Assembly: GCA_963761305.1 (NCBI GenBank)
Contig: CAVXGK010000002.1
Span: 1-64,000, forward strand
Reading direction: 5' to 3'
DNA from: an uncultured Gemmatimonadaceae bacterium
GTDB taxonomy: Bacteria > Gemmatimonadota > Gemmatimonadetes > Gemmatimonadales > Gemmatimonadaceae
DNA length: 64,000 bases
A program made the translations under genes and the position numbers. Positions 30,466 to 39,344 of this stretch are shown one piece after another. Numbering within the stretch: the first letter of the stretch is position 1; each line of letters begins with the position of its first letter. Below the pieces are notes generated by a model. The model was given only the letters and a program-made list of their open reading frames with translations. It did no database searches and was not told the DNA's origin.

Positions 30466-31590
30466 ATGCAAAGGCTCGAAATCGAGTTATCAAATCGAAG
30501 GGGATTCACGCTCATTCTGGGGGTCTTGTTGATCACGGTGATCCTCGGCACGGCGGCGTTCGCCGTCGACGCGGGTCATGAGAACTTGAACCGGGCGCAG
30601 GTACACGCCGCCGCGGACGCCGCGGCATTGGCGGGGATGGAGAAGTACGCCGCTACGGTTGACGCGTCGAGTGCGCTCGCGGAGGCACAGCTCTACGCGT
30701 CGAAGTTCAAGGCGGACAACGCGGCGCTCAGCTTGCAGTCCGCGGACTTTGCGCTTGGCCACTGCTCGGCGCCGTGCTCGCCATCGACGTTCGTTGCCGG
30801 CGCGCCTGACTCGGTGGCGAAGGCGACGATCCGCGACACCACGCACTATGCGTTCGCACCGGTGTTCAGAGTCTTCGGGCTCGACATCCAGAGCCACCTC
30901 ACGTCCGCGACGTCGATCGCGGTCGGTCAGTCGAGGAAGGAGGTCACCAAGTCGACCTGCGTAGCCCCGATCGTGATGCCTGTGTCGGCGCTTTTCCACG
31001 AGATCGGAGACGACACAAACGGGAATACCGATACCCTTACCGCCTCAGACATCGCGAAGCTCTCGGGGACCTCCTCCAATCCGATTACTCTGCCGGTGCA
31101 AAACGGGACCAAGGTCAACACGTTGGACAGCGTGTTCTATCAAGCTCAATTCCCTCCCACGATGACGGCGGACAGCATCCAGCACGGAGGACAGTCGAAC
31201 AGCGCATCGTTCTATCGCAACGCGATTACGTGCACCGGTGGGGTGGCTCCGGTTGGCGTCGGGGACTGGCTCGGTGCCGTTAACGGTGTCAAAGCGAACG
31301 CCACACAGTCGGGTCTCGACAACGCGGACGGCGGGACGCTTCCGGTGACAGTCGAAGTAGTGCTCGCGGATTTTATCGGATCACCGAAGGACAAGTTCGG
31401 GGCGACGGTCGCGGGCTGCCCGTGTTTGCATGTCGGATACGTCGGCGCGTTCACGTTCACCGCGACCGGCAACAAGTCCGTGACCGGGTACTTCACCACG
31501 CTTAGTCCGCTAGCCGGTGGCGTCGTGCAGTCTGACACGTCGCATTCGGCTCCGCTGGGGCAGATTTCCAAGATTCGGCTGATTTATTGA
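30466..31590 (+). CDS. tadG: TadG-like pilus-associated protein/adhesin
   Basis: 'NRRG|FTLIL...AFAVDAG...QVHAAADAAALAG' N-terminus; Cys pairs; ends 'IRLIY'. Confidence 0.8.
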   Translation: MQRLEIELSNRRGFTLILGVLLITVILGTAAFAVDAGHENLNRAQVHAAADAAALAGMEKYAATVDASSALAEAQLYASKFKADNAALSLQSADFALGHCSAPCSPSTFVAGAPDSVAKATIRDTTHYAFAPVFRVFGLDIQSHLTSATSIAVGQSRKEVTKSTCVAPIVMPVSALFHEIGDDTNGNTDTLTASDIAKLSGTSSNPITLPVQNGTKVNTLDSVFYQAQFPPTMTADSIQHGGQSNSASFYRNAITCTGGVAPVGVGDWLGAVNGVKANATQSGLDNADGGTLPVTVEVVLADFIGSPKDKFGATVAGCPCLHVGYVGAFTFTATGNKSVTGYFTTLSPLAGGVVQSDTSHSAPLGQISKIRLIY

Positions 31591-31633
31591 TCGGCTGTCG
31601 CTTTCTGTAGGATGTGTCTGAGGTTCCAACTGA

Positions 31634-33409
31634 TTGGCCTCGCTCGTGACCCAACCCTCGGAAGAATCGCAGGACCTAATCGCTTGCCCGTCGTGTGACA
31701 GCCCCGCCGACCCGCGCGCCGTGGTGTGCGCGGTCTGCGGCGCCGTGCTCGCGAGCGGCATCGAGAGCGATCAGGCCGCGGACCTGCTCAAGCGGCTCCG
31801 CGACGCCCTGCAGGGTCGTTACGTGCTCGGCACCGCCATCGGTCTCGGCCGCGGCGGCATCACCATTCGCGCACGCCGTCAAGCGGGGGCAAACCGTGAC
31901 GTCGCGATCAAGATCGCCTGGGACGATCCGGTCGCGCGCCGAGACCTGGTGCGCGAAACGGACCTCGCGTCGCAGGTCGTTCATCCCAACGTCCTGCCGA
32001 TGGCGCGGCTCGACGTCGCGCCACCGCTCGTCGCCGTCGAGATGCCCCTCGTGGAGGGTGGAACACTCGGCGATCTGATCGACAGCGGCAAACCCGTGCC
32101 ATACCAGCGCGTGATCGAGATCGTGCGCGGCATCGGCGCCGCGCTCGACGAGGCCCACGACCACGGCGTCGTGCACGGCGCGCTGCGCCCGGAAAACGTC
32201 CACCTCGACCGGGACGGCAACGCGCTCATCTCCGGGTTCATGCTCGGGCAGTTCCCGAGTGGAGACCGCGACGCGCCGCTTCCCAACTCGATCGGCTCGC
32301 CGGCGTACACCGCGTTCGAGCAGCGGCACAACCTTCACACGATCGACGGGCGCGCCGACCAGTTCTCGCTTGCGGTGATCGCGTACGAGCTGCTCTGCGG
32401 CCGTCGCACGTGGCGCATTCCCGCCGACGGCGTGCTCGAGATCGACGCCATCGAGATCATGCCGCACCGCGCCATTGCGCCGGCCGTTCCGCTCAGCGCA
32501 GGCGCGGCGATCAAGCGCGCGACCTGGAAGGATCCGGACTACCGGTACGACAGCATCAACGACTTCATCGCCGGGCTCACCGGAACCGTGCTTCAAGGGA
32601 CCCCCGCCGAGCAACTCGCGAAGGTGGACCACGGCGGCGACATCAAGCGTCGCTCGCCGGTATGGATCCTCGCGCCCCTTGGCATTTTGGTGTTCCTCGC
32701 CGGTGGGTTTCGGCCCGACATTCGAAAGACGGCGACGCGCTGGTGGCATCTTGCATTCACCGACAACACCATGTTCGTGCCGGGCGGCAACTACTCCGAC
32801 GGGCCGGCGATCGATCCGAGCTCGCCGCCGACCATGCCCAGTCCGGCGACCACAAGGCGCCCTGACACGACGCAGTCGTCGCGGGGGAACACGCGGATCG
32901 GCGTCGAGACGCCGCTTGGGCCAGCCGCGCCGCTGGGCCCCGATCGCCAGTTCAACCCTTATCCCAACAGCCCGAACTCCGGGGGCGGAAACGAGGCTCC
33001 CTCGAATACGCGCCGAGTGGACGACGGGTCAAAAGATGCGGGCACGCGCACGCCCGATTCCAAGACGTCCAAACCCGGAGCGGAGCACGTCTCGCTCGAG
33101 GCGGGCGCGATCGGATCGGCCCCAGGTGCCAGTTCGGGGCGCGGCGGCGCGGCGCTGGCCGGCGACACGGTATCGCCCAACGTCGCCGGCTTCGTCGCCG
33201 TGTCGGTCGAGAGTGGGCTCGCGACCGTTTTCGTCGACGGCCTGTTGCGCGGGAGAGCGCCGCTTGTCCTGAAGGCGGCGGCCGGGAAGCACGTGGTGAC
33301 CGTGAAAGGCACCGGCAAGTACGCGCCTTCGTCTATCTCGGTCACGGTCACGCCGCACGACACGATTCGCGCTGTGTTTGCAACGAGCGCCGGTCCGCCG
33401 AAAGAGTGA
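31634..33409 (+). CDS. Zinc-ribbon + Hanks-type Ser/Thr kinase-like domain (probable pseudokinase) + TM + PEGA domain
   Basis: 'CPSC...CAVC', 'DVAIK', 'HPNVL', 'HGALRPENV', 'GSPAYTAFEQ', 'ADQFSLAVIAYELLCG'; TM; 'ATVFVDG...GRAPL...GKHVVTV'. Confidence 0.85.
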   Translation: MASLVTQPSEESQDLIACPSCDSPADPRAVVCAVCGAVLASGIESDQAADLLKRLRDALQGRYVLGTAIGLGRGGITIRARRQAGANRDVAIKIAWDDPVARRDLVRETDLASQVVHPNVLPMARLDVAPPLVAVEMPLVEGGTLGDLIDSGKPVPYQRVIEIVRGIGAALDEAHDHGVVHGALRPENVHLDRDGNALISGFMLGQFPSGDRDAPLPNSIGSPAYTAFEQRHNLHTIDGRADQFSLAVIAYELLCGRRTWRIPADGVLEIDAIEIMPHRAIAPAVPLSAGAAIKRATWKDPDYRYDSINDFIAGLTGTVLQGTPAEQLAKVDHGGDIKRRSPVWILAPLGILVFLAGGFRPDIRKTATRWWHLAFTDNTMFVPGGNYSDGPAIDPSSPPTMPSPATTRRPDTTQSSRGNTRIGVETPLGPAAPLGPDRQFNPYPNSPNSGGGNEAPSNTRRVDDGSKDAGTRTPDSKTSKPGAEHVSLEAGAIGSAPGASSGRGGAALAGDTVSPNVAGFVAVSVESGLATVFVDGLLRGRAPLVLKAAAGKHVVTVKGTGKYAPSSISVTVTPHDTIRAVFATSAGPPKE

Positions 33410-34926
33410 TGCGCACCCGAGCGCCGCTTCTCGCGGCTCTCGCCATCGCGGCGGGCCTTCCGTTCGCCGCAGTGGCCCAGCGGATCTCTCCGCTGCCCAA
33501 GCCCTGCCGTGTGCCGGGCGCCGAGGCCGCGAACGTCCTTCCGCAGCGGATCCGCTCATCGCTGGCCGTGTCGGTTTTCTCATCTGACTCCACCGACCCG
33601 GCGGGGGAGCTGGCGGGCGGAATCGCCGACGCCATCGCCAATCGGCTCGGCACGTCGGTCCCCCGAATCCTCGTGATAGGTCGCCGCGCCCAGCACCGGC
33701 TCGTCGTTACCGACTCGATTTCCGCGCGCGCGATGGCCGAAAGCCTCGGCACGACGTACGTGCTCGCGGGCCGCGTGACCGAGGGACTTCGCGGGCGCAC
33801 CGTGGCGTTCACCTTGTACAACGGCGCGACGGGGCGCGCGCTGATGTATCGCACGCTGCCGCACGATTCCGCCCACGTGATGCTCGTGGAGCAGAACGTC
33901 TCGCGGCAGGTGGCGACGCAGATTCTGGGGAAACTCAACCCGGGCGAACAACGAGCCCTCGACCGGGTGCCACGGGTCAACGGGAACGCTTACGACGCGT
34001 ACGTGCGTGGACAGGGCGCGCGCGACGTGTGGGCGTTTGGCCGGGCGGCTGGATACTTCCGCGACGCGGCGCGGCTCGACAGGTCATTCAGCGCCGCCTT
34101 CGCCGATCTGGCGCTCGCCGACGTCGAGATACTGCTGCGCGGACTCAGCTCGACCGCGGCGACGGACGTCGCTCTCGAGGCGCGCAACGCGGCGAGCCAC
34201 GCCGTCGCGCTCGACTCGATGTCGAGCCTGTCGTGGCGCGCCGAAGGGGCGGCGCGCCTGGTCGACGGGAAATCCAGCGCGCTGTGGCGGCGGGCCTACG
34301 AGCGCGCGATCGTGCTCGACCCTCGCGACCCGGCGGTACTCGAGGAGTACGGACTCGCCCTCGTCCGCACGGGTGATCGCGAAGCCGGCCGCCCGCTGCT
34401 GGAGCGCGCGCTCGTTTACGAACCGGGGCGAGCGCAGCCGATGGCGGCGCTTGCCAGCCTCGCGATCTCCGATCACCGTGATGGCAGCGCGTGCACCCTG
34501 CTCAACCAGGCAATCGTGGGCGACGTGCTCTTCGCGCCCGCGTGGGCGCAACGGGCGGTGGTTCGCGCGCAGCATGGGGATCTGCGCTTCGCGTGGGCCG
34601 ACGCCGAGACCGCGACGCAGCTCGGAGAAAGCCACCTCGGCGAGAGCGCTGGCGCGATGGTCGATTTACTGGCGCGCGATACGTCGCGTGCTCGCGACCG
34701 ACTTTATATCGAGTGGAGCCAGGTGAAGGCCGCCGGCGCGGTGGGAGTGACCGATGGCACGGCAATCGCGCGTGCGATGATCGCCGCGGGGCAATCTACC
34801 CGCGCGCTTGACGTTCTCGAGCTGGCGAGGCCGCGGGGACTGTGGTTCGTTACCGCGTTGCGCGATCCAGCCTTCGACACCCTTCGCGGCGATAAGCGTT
34901 TTCTCGCTCTGACGACGAAGCAATGA
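33406..34926 (+). CDS. Secreted TolB_N-like + TPR repeat protein
   Basis: Signal peptide; 'LAGGIADAIANRL', 'LGTTYVLAGRV', 'AYDAYVRG', 'AARLDRSFSAAFADLA', 'DPAFDTLRGDKRF'. Confidence 0.75.
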   Translation: MMRTRAPLLAALAIAAGLPFAAVAQRISPLPKPCRVPGAEAANVLPQRIRSSLAVSVFSSDSTDPAGELAGGIADAIANRLGTSVPRILVIGRRAQHRLVVTDSISARAMAESLGTTYVLAGRVTEGLRGRTVAFTLYNGATGRALMYRTLPHDSAHVMLVEQNVSRQVATQILGKLNPGEQRALDRVPRVNGNAYDAYVRGQGARDVWAFGRAAGYFRDAARLDRSFSAAFADLALADVEILLRGLSSTAATDVALEARNAASHAVALDSMSSLSWRAEGAARLVDGKSSALWRRAYERAIVLDPRDPAVLEEYGLALVRTGDREAGRPLLERALVYEPGRAQPMAALASLAISDHRDGSACTLLNQAIVGDVLFAPAWAQRAVVRAQHGDLRFAWADAETATQLGESHLGESAGAMVDLLARDTSRARDRLYIEWSQVKAAGAVGVTDGTAIARAMIAAGQSTRALDVLELARPRGLWFVTALRDPAFDTLRGDKRFLALTTKQ

Positions 34927-36056
34927 CCGGTCTGCGGATCGATCGGGAGAGGGTTCGGCTCTACGGAATCGGACTCGCCCTGATCGGTCTCACGCAGATG
35001 CGGTTCGTGGCGAGCGTCGGGCACTACTGGGATTGGGTCGACTTCTACATCGCCGGCGCGATGGCCGGGACGCGCGCGCTGCTCGACCCCGCGGCTCATG
35101 CCGCCTGGGGAGCGGCCCATGGCCTCCCCGTGACATCGTTCGCGTACATGCCGGGCTTTGCCTGGCTCCTCGTGCCGACGTCTCACCTGACGATCGCGTT
35201 GGGTTTTGCGGTCAATGCCGTACTGATGTCGCTCTGCGCGCTTGTCGCGTCGAGGCTTGCGTCGCGCGTCTACGGTCTCGACGCCGGAGACGCGCTCTAC
35301 ATGACCATCGGTTGGGCCCCGGTGACGGCAGCAATCGTGACCGGACAAAACAGCCCTCTTGGTCTACTCCTTTCGCTCGTGGCGATCGACGGCCTGCAGC
35401 GGGGCAGCGCTCTCCGAACGGGCCTGGGTGTTGGGGCGCTGTGCTACAAACCAACATACGCGCTGCCGTTCGCCATTCTGCTTCTCATATATCGAAAGTG
35501 GAAGGCGATCGGGGTCGTGGCGGCGTGCGGCGTGGTATGGTACGTACTCAGCGCGAGCGCGGCAGGCGGGGACTGGCTGTGGCCAAGGCCGTATCTCCAG
35601 TCGCTGGCCGGCTACGTCGGGCCGGATTTCGCCTACAACCGCTTCAAGTCGGTGAGCGTTCCGGGGCTGCTGATGCTGGCCGGCGTCTCAGCCAGCGTGG
35701 CCTTTGGGATCGGGATGGTTGGTCTCGTCTCGGCGCTGGGGTGGCTCAGGGCGCGGAAGGTCGAGCTGCTTTCGGCCGCAAGTCTTGCGGGAGTCATTGG
35801 CGTGGCGACGAGCGGGCACGCGTGGCCGTACGATGCGGCGCTCGCGTTGCCGGCGCTGTGGTGGGTCGCGGCGAAGGTCGACGAGCCGGCGAGGACTCGG
35901 GCGATCGTGGTTGCGTACGTGGTTGCGCCGTTGTGGATGGCGGCGCATACACTCCGATTCGACCCGCTGGCGATTGTCGTTGTTGGAGGGGCGGGGGCGC
36001 TTGTGGTGCGAACGGCGAAACTAACAAAGAGCGAAACAAACAAAGGGCGAAGCTAA
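34923..36056 (+). CDS. Glycosyltransferase family 87 (DUF2029)-like membrane protein
   Basis: 'DWVDFYIAG', 'FAYMPGFAWL', 'TGQNSPL', 'YKPTYA', 'HAWPYD'; last ~15 codons derive from the repeat array. Confidence 0.82.
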   Translation: MTGLRIDRERVRLYGIGLALIGLTQMRFVASVGHYWDWVDFYIAGAMAGTRALLDPAAHAAWGAAHGLPVTSFAYMPGFAWLLVPTSHLTIALGFAVNAVLMSLCALVASRLASRVYGLDAGDALYMTIGWAPVTAAIVTGQNSPLGLLLSLVAIDGLQRGSALRTGLGVGALCYKPTYALPFAILLLIYRKWKAIGVVAACGVVWYVLSASAAGGDWLWPRPYLQSLAGYVGPDFAYNRFKSVSVPGLLMLAGVSASVAFGIGMVGLVSALGWLRARKVELLSAASLAGVIGVATSGHAWPYDAALALPALWWVAAKVDEPARTRAIVVAYVVAPLWMAAHTLRFDPLAIVVVGGAGALVVRTAKLTKSETNKGRS

Positions 36057-36172
36057 CAAAGAGCGAAGCTAACAAAGGGCGAAGCTAACAAAGGGCGAAG
36101 CTAACAAAGGGCGAAGCTAACAAAGGGCGAAGGTGACGAACGGCGAAGGTGACGAACGGCGAAAAAGGCGAG
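36009..36172 (+). repeat. 16-bp tandem array A
   Basis: 7 units of CTAACAAAG(G/A)GCGAA(G/A) type (36021..36132) then 2 GTGACGAACGGCGAA(G/A) (36133..36164). Confidence 0.95.
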
Positions 36173-36297
36173 ATGACGTGGCCCCCAAGACTGGCCCGGA
36201 AATGATGTCAGTCCAGTGATTGACGCTCGCGCGTTGGCGCAGCGGAAGCTGTCCGATCTCGAGGGGCAGCGGGAGGTGGTGCGACACATCTGTGTCC

Positions 36298-36720
36298 CTA
36301 GGCTGGCACCGGAGTGCCCTTGGCCCACGCCCACGCGGCTATGCGCCAACTGTCTTCATGCTTCCGAAGTGCAAGCGTAAAGGTCGCGTCCGACTGAGTA
36401 ATCTGCTTGCCCAATAGCTTGAACGTCATGCTCGCGGGAACCACCACATACGCACTGTCGCCGGTAACGTTGGCATGCAACGGGGTGCCGATCGTGACCA
36501 AGTAGTCGGTCGCGCCTTCGTGTTCGGCTGCCGCCAATACGTCCCTGTACCAATCCTCACACGCCGTGGGACCGTGCCACACATGTGGCGCCAGACCATC
36601 GAGGATAGATGCGGGAACAGCGAAACACGCCGCCATTGCCCGAGCGTCACCTTTGTTGAACGCGTCGATGTACTGGCGCACTACAGTTACGGGATCGCTT
36701 GTTGGTGCAGCCCGTGCCAT
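36298..36720 (-). CDS. NTF2/SnoaL-like domain protein
   Basis: 'VVRQYIDAFNKGDARAMAACF', 'VTGDSAYVVVP', 'FTLALRK...SWRIAAWAW'; RBS GGAGA. Confidence 0.85.
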   Translation of the reverse strand: MARAAPTSDPVTVVRQYIDAFNKGDARAMAACFAVPASILDGLAPHVWHGPTACEDWYRDVLAAAEHEGATDYLVTIGTPLHANVTGDSAYVVVPASMTFKLLGKQITQSDATFTLALRKHEDSWRIAAWAWAKGTPVPA

Positions 36721-36924
36721 GTGAGTTTCTCCCAAGGCTTCGCCAAAGCTCGGTCCATCTCAGGACGCGCATTCAAGTTGTGCGCGTCGCGCGCGCAGAC
36801 ACCGAGACACGGTACGAAGACGACAGTCAGTCGGTGATTAGCGTCGTGAAGGTGCAACGTTGAGGAGTTCTTTGACAAACTCGTCCGGGGTCCGATCGCC
36901 GAGGCCGCTGTTAGCGCGCGACGA

Positions 36925-37055
36925 CTAACAAAGGGCGAAACTAACAAAGGGCGAAACTAACAAAGGGCGAAGCTAACAAAGGGCGAAGCTAACAAAGGGC
37001 GAAGCTAACAAAGGGCGAAGGTGACGAACGGCGAAACGGCGAAAACGGCGAGGGG
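36925..37055 (+). repeat. 16-bp tandem array B, abutting the 3' end of the four-helix-bundle gene
   Basis: 6 x CTAACAAAGGGCGAA(A/G) (36925..37020), GTGACGAACGGCGAAA, then CGGCGAAAACGGCGAGGGG. Confidence 0.95.
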
Positions 37056-37060
37056 TTCGA

Positions 37061-37396
37061 CTAGTACTTCAAGCCGTTGATCATCCGAACGATCGTGATG
37101 CCGCGGTTTGAGAGGCGGTGGTAGTCGGCACGGGTAAGTTCGCCCAGACGATACGACTTCCGAATCCATCCGATTGTCTCCTCGCACTCACAGCGGGCGA
37201 TTCGGTAGACGCGCATCCGATCGGCGCCCGGGCCACGGCCGTAGCCCTCGATCAGGTTTGAACTGATCGATCCGGCGGAGCGAATAACTTGCCCTGAATA
37301 CGTCTTTCGGCCGGCGCGCCGACCGAAGCGGCGATTTACGTCCACGGCGTAATCCTCGGCTGCATCGATCACGCGCAGCGTCCGTTTCGGTGGCAT
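37061..37396 (-). CDS. Four-helix-bundle protein (23S rRNA intervening-sequence protein/IVP-like family)
   Basis: 111 aa; 'LRVIDAA', 'GQVIRSAGSISSNLIEGYGR', 'YRIARCECEET', 'IVRMINGL' fit the family pattern Q..R.A.SI..NI.EG..R...IA.GS..E. Confidence 0.85.
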   Translation of the reverse strand: MPPKRTLRVIDAAEDYAVDVNRRFGRRAGRKTYSGQVIRSAGSISSNLIEGYGRGPGADRMRVYRIARCECEETIGWIRKSYRLGELTRADYHRLSNRGITIVRMINGLKY

Positions 37397-37539
37397 GGGC
37401 GACACCGTAACGCCGCTCTCGGGGCCAACCACCATCCCGCCGTTGCCGCCGGAACCAATCCGTTGCCGAATTCCTTCTGCCGAAGGAGAGGTCACGGCCG
37501 GGCTGAGAAAGGTCTGAATCGCCCCTCTGGCCGTTCTCG

Positions 37540-37685
37540 CCCCTCTCGAAGTTCGTTACCTTCGCTCTTCGTTAGCCTCGCCGTTTGGCGTCTTCGCCGT
37601 TCGTTCGTTTCGCTCTTCGTTAGCTTCGCCGTTTGGCATCCTCGCCGTTTGGCATCTTCGCCCTTCGTTCCCTTCGCCGTTCGCC
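37540..37685 (-). repeat. 16-bp tandem array C, inverted relative to A/B, more degenerate
   Basis: Reverse complement gives ~8 units, e.g. CTAACGAAGAGCGAAG, ATGCCAAACGGCGAAG, ending ...CGAGAGGGG towards the four-helix gene. Confidence 0.9.
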
Positions 37686-37688
37686 TAC

Positions 37689-39344
37689 ATGGTCAAGCCG
37701 ATCATTCTCGCCGTCGACGATGATCCCGAAGTGCTGAACGCGGTCGATCGCGATCTTCGCGCGCACTTTCGCGCGGACTATCGGGTCATCAAGGTCGCGT
37801 CCGGCCGCCTGGCGATGGAGACGACGACGCAGCTCAAGCAGCGGGGGTCGCCGATCGCGCTCTTTCTCGTCGACGAGCGCATGCCCGAGATGAGCGGGAC
37901 GCAGTTTCTGGCCGAGGCGATCAAGCTGTATCCGGACGCGCGCAAGGTGTTGCTGACGGCGTACGCCGATACCGAGACGGCGATCCTCGCAATTAATAAG
38001 ATTGGGCTTGATCATTATTTACTGAAACCGTGGGAACCGCCGGCCGAGCGGTTGTATCCGATCCTCGACGACTTGTTGACGGACTGGAAGGCGAGGACGC
38101 GGCCGCTGTTCGACGGGTTGCGCGTCGCCGGCACGGGGCTCTCGCCGTCGAGCTATGCACTCAAGGATTTTCTCGCCGGCAACCAGGTGCCGTACCAGTG
38201 GGTCGACCTCGATGCGGATCCCGCGGCGCGCGCGCTGGTCGAGGCGATGCCGGGCGGATTGAAGCGGCTTCCGGTCGTCTTCTTTCCCGACGGAGCGTCG
38301 ATGGTCCAGCCGACGACGCTCCAGCTGGCCGAGAAGCTCGGCATGCAGACGCACGCGAAGTCGAAGCAGTACGACCTCGTCGTCGTCGGCGGCGGGCCGG
38401 CGGGATTGGCCGCGGCCGTGTACGGCGCGTCGGAGGGGCTGCGCACGATTCTGGTCGAGCGCTATGCGACCGGCGGACAGGCGGGCACCAGCTCGCAGAT
38501 CGAGAACTACCTCGGGTTCCCGAGCGGCGTGAGCGGCGCGGATCTCGCGCGCCGAGCCACGACACAGGCGAAGCGATTCGGGGCCGAGGTGCTCACGGCG
38601 CAGGACGTCGGGTCGATCGAGCGGAACGATCCGTATCGCGTGGTGAAGCTGTCCGACGGTTCTGTGTTGCAGAGCAAGACGGTTGTCATCGCGTCGGGGA
38701 TGGAAGTGCGGCGGCTCGACGTGCCGGGGATCGAGGCGCTCGTCGGCTGCGGCGTTTTCTACGGCGCCGCGCTCACCGAAGCGGCGACGTACCGCGACCG
38801 CGACGTGTTCGTCATCGGCGGCGCGAACTCGGCGGGGCAGGGCGCGATGTTTTTCTCGCGCTACGCGCGGCGCGTGACGATGCTCGTGCGCGGCGAATCG
38901 CTGACCGCCAGCATGTCGCAGTATCTCATCGACCGCATCGCGGACACCAAGAACGTCGAAGTGCTAACGCGAGCAGCGGTGTGCGGGGTGCGGGGAACTG
39001 AGAGGCTCGAGGCGATCACGATCTCCGATCTCAAGACCGGTGCGACGCGCGAGATGCCGGCCGACGCGCTGTTCATCTTCATCGGCACGTCGCCGCGCAC
39101 CGAGGTGGTCGCGGGACTGGTGCAGCGCGACGCGCAGGGATTCATCCTCACGGGACGCGACCTGATGGTCGACGGCCAGCGTCCGCCGGGGTGGACGCGC
39201 GACCCGTATCTCTTCGAGACGAGCGTGCCGGGCATCTTCGCCGCCGGCGACGCGCGGCGCGGCTCGGGAAAACGCGTCGCCGCGGCCGTGGGCGAGGGAT
39301 CGGCGACGGTGAGCATGGTCCACGAATACCTGGAGACTGTGTGA
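37689..39344 (+). CDS. Response-regulator receiver fused to thioredoxin-reductase-like FAD oxidoreductase
   Basis: 'ILAVDDD', 'DERMPEMSG', 'LLTAYAD', 'KPW'; 'GGGPAGLAAA', 'GGQAGTSSQIENYLGFP', 'IGGANSAGQ', 'FAAGD...KRVAAAVGEG'. Confidence 0.93.
   Translation: MVKPIILAVDDDPEVLNAVDRDLRAHFRADYRVIKVASGRLAMETTTQLKQRGSPIALFLVDERMPEMSGTQFLAEAIKLYPDARKVLLTAYADTETAILAINKIGLDHYLLKPWEPPAERLYPILDDLLTDWKARTRPLFDGLRVAGTGLSPSSYALKDFLAGNQVPYQWVDLDADPAARALVEAMPGGLKRLPVVFFPDGASMVQPTTLQLAEKLGMQTHAKSKQYDLVVVGGGPAGLAAAVYGASEGLRTILVERYATGGQAGTSSQIENYLGFPSGVSGADLARRATTQAKRFGAEVLTAQDVGSIERNDPYRVVKLSDGSVLQSKTVVIASGMEVRRLDVPGIEALVGCGVFYGAALTEAATYRDRDVFVIGGANSAGQGAMFFSRYARRVTMLVRGESLTASMSQYLIDRIADTKNVEVLTRAAVCGVRGTERLEAITISDLKTGATREMPADALFIFIGTSPRTEVVAGLVQRDAQGFILTGRDLMVDGQRPPGWTRDPYLFETSVPGIFAAGDARRGSGKRVAAAVGEGSATVSMVHEYLETV

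Noticed and set aside
36180..36930. SnoaL gene as an integron cassette (GTTAG...CTAAC at 36910..36929)
   Set aside because: No RYYYAAC...GTTRRRY attC of proper structure after the gene, and no IntI in the window.
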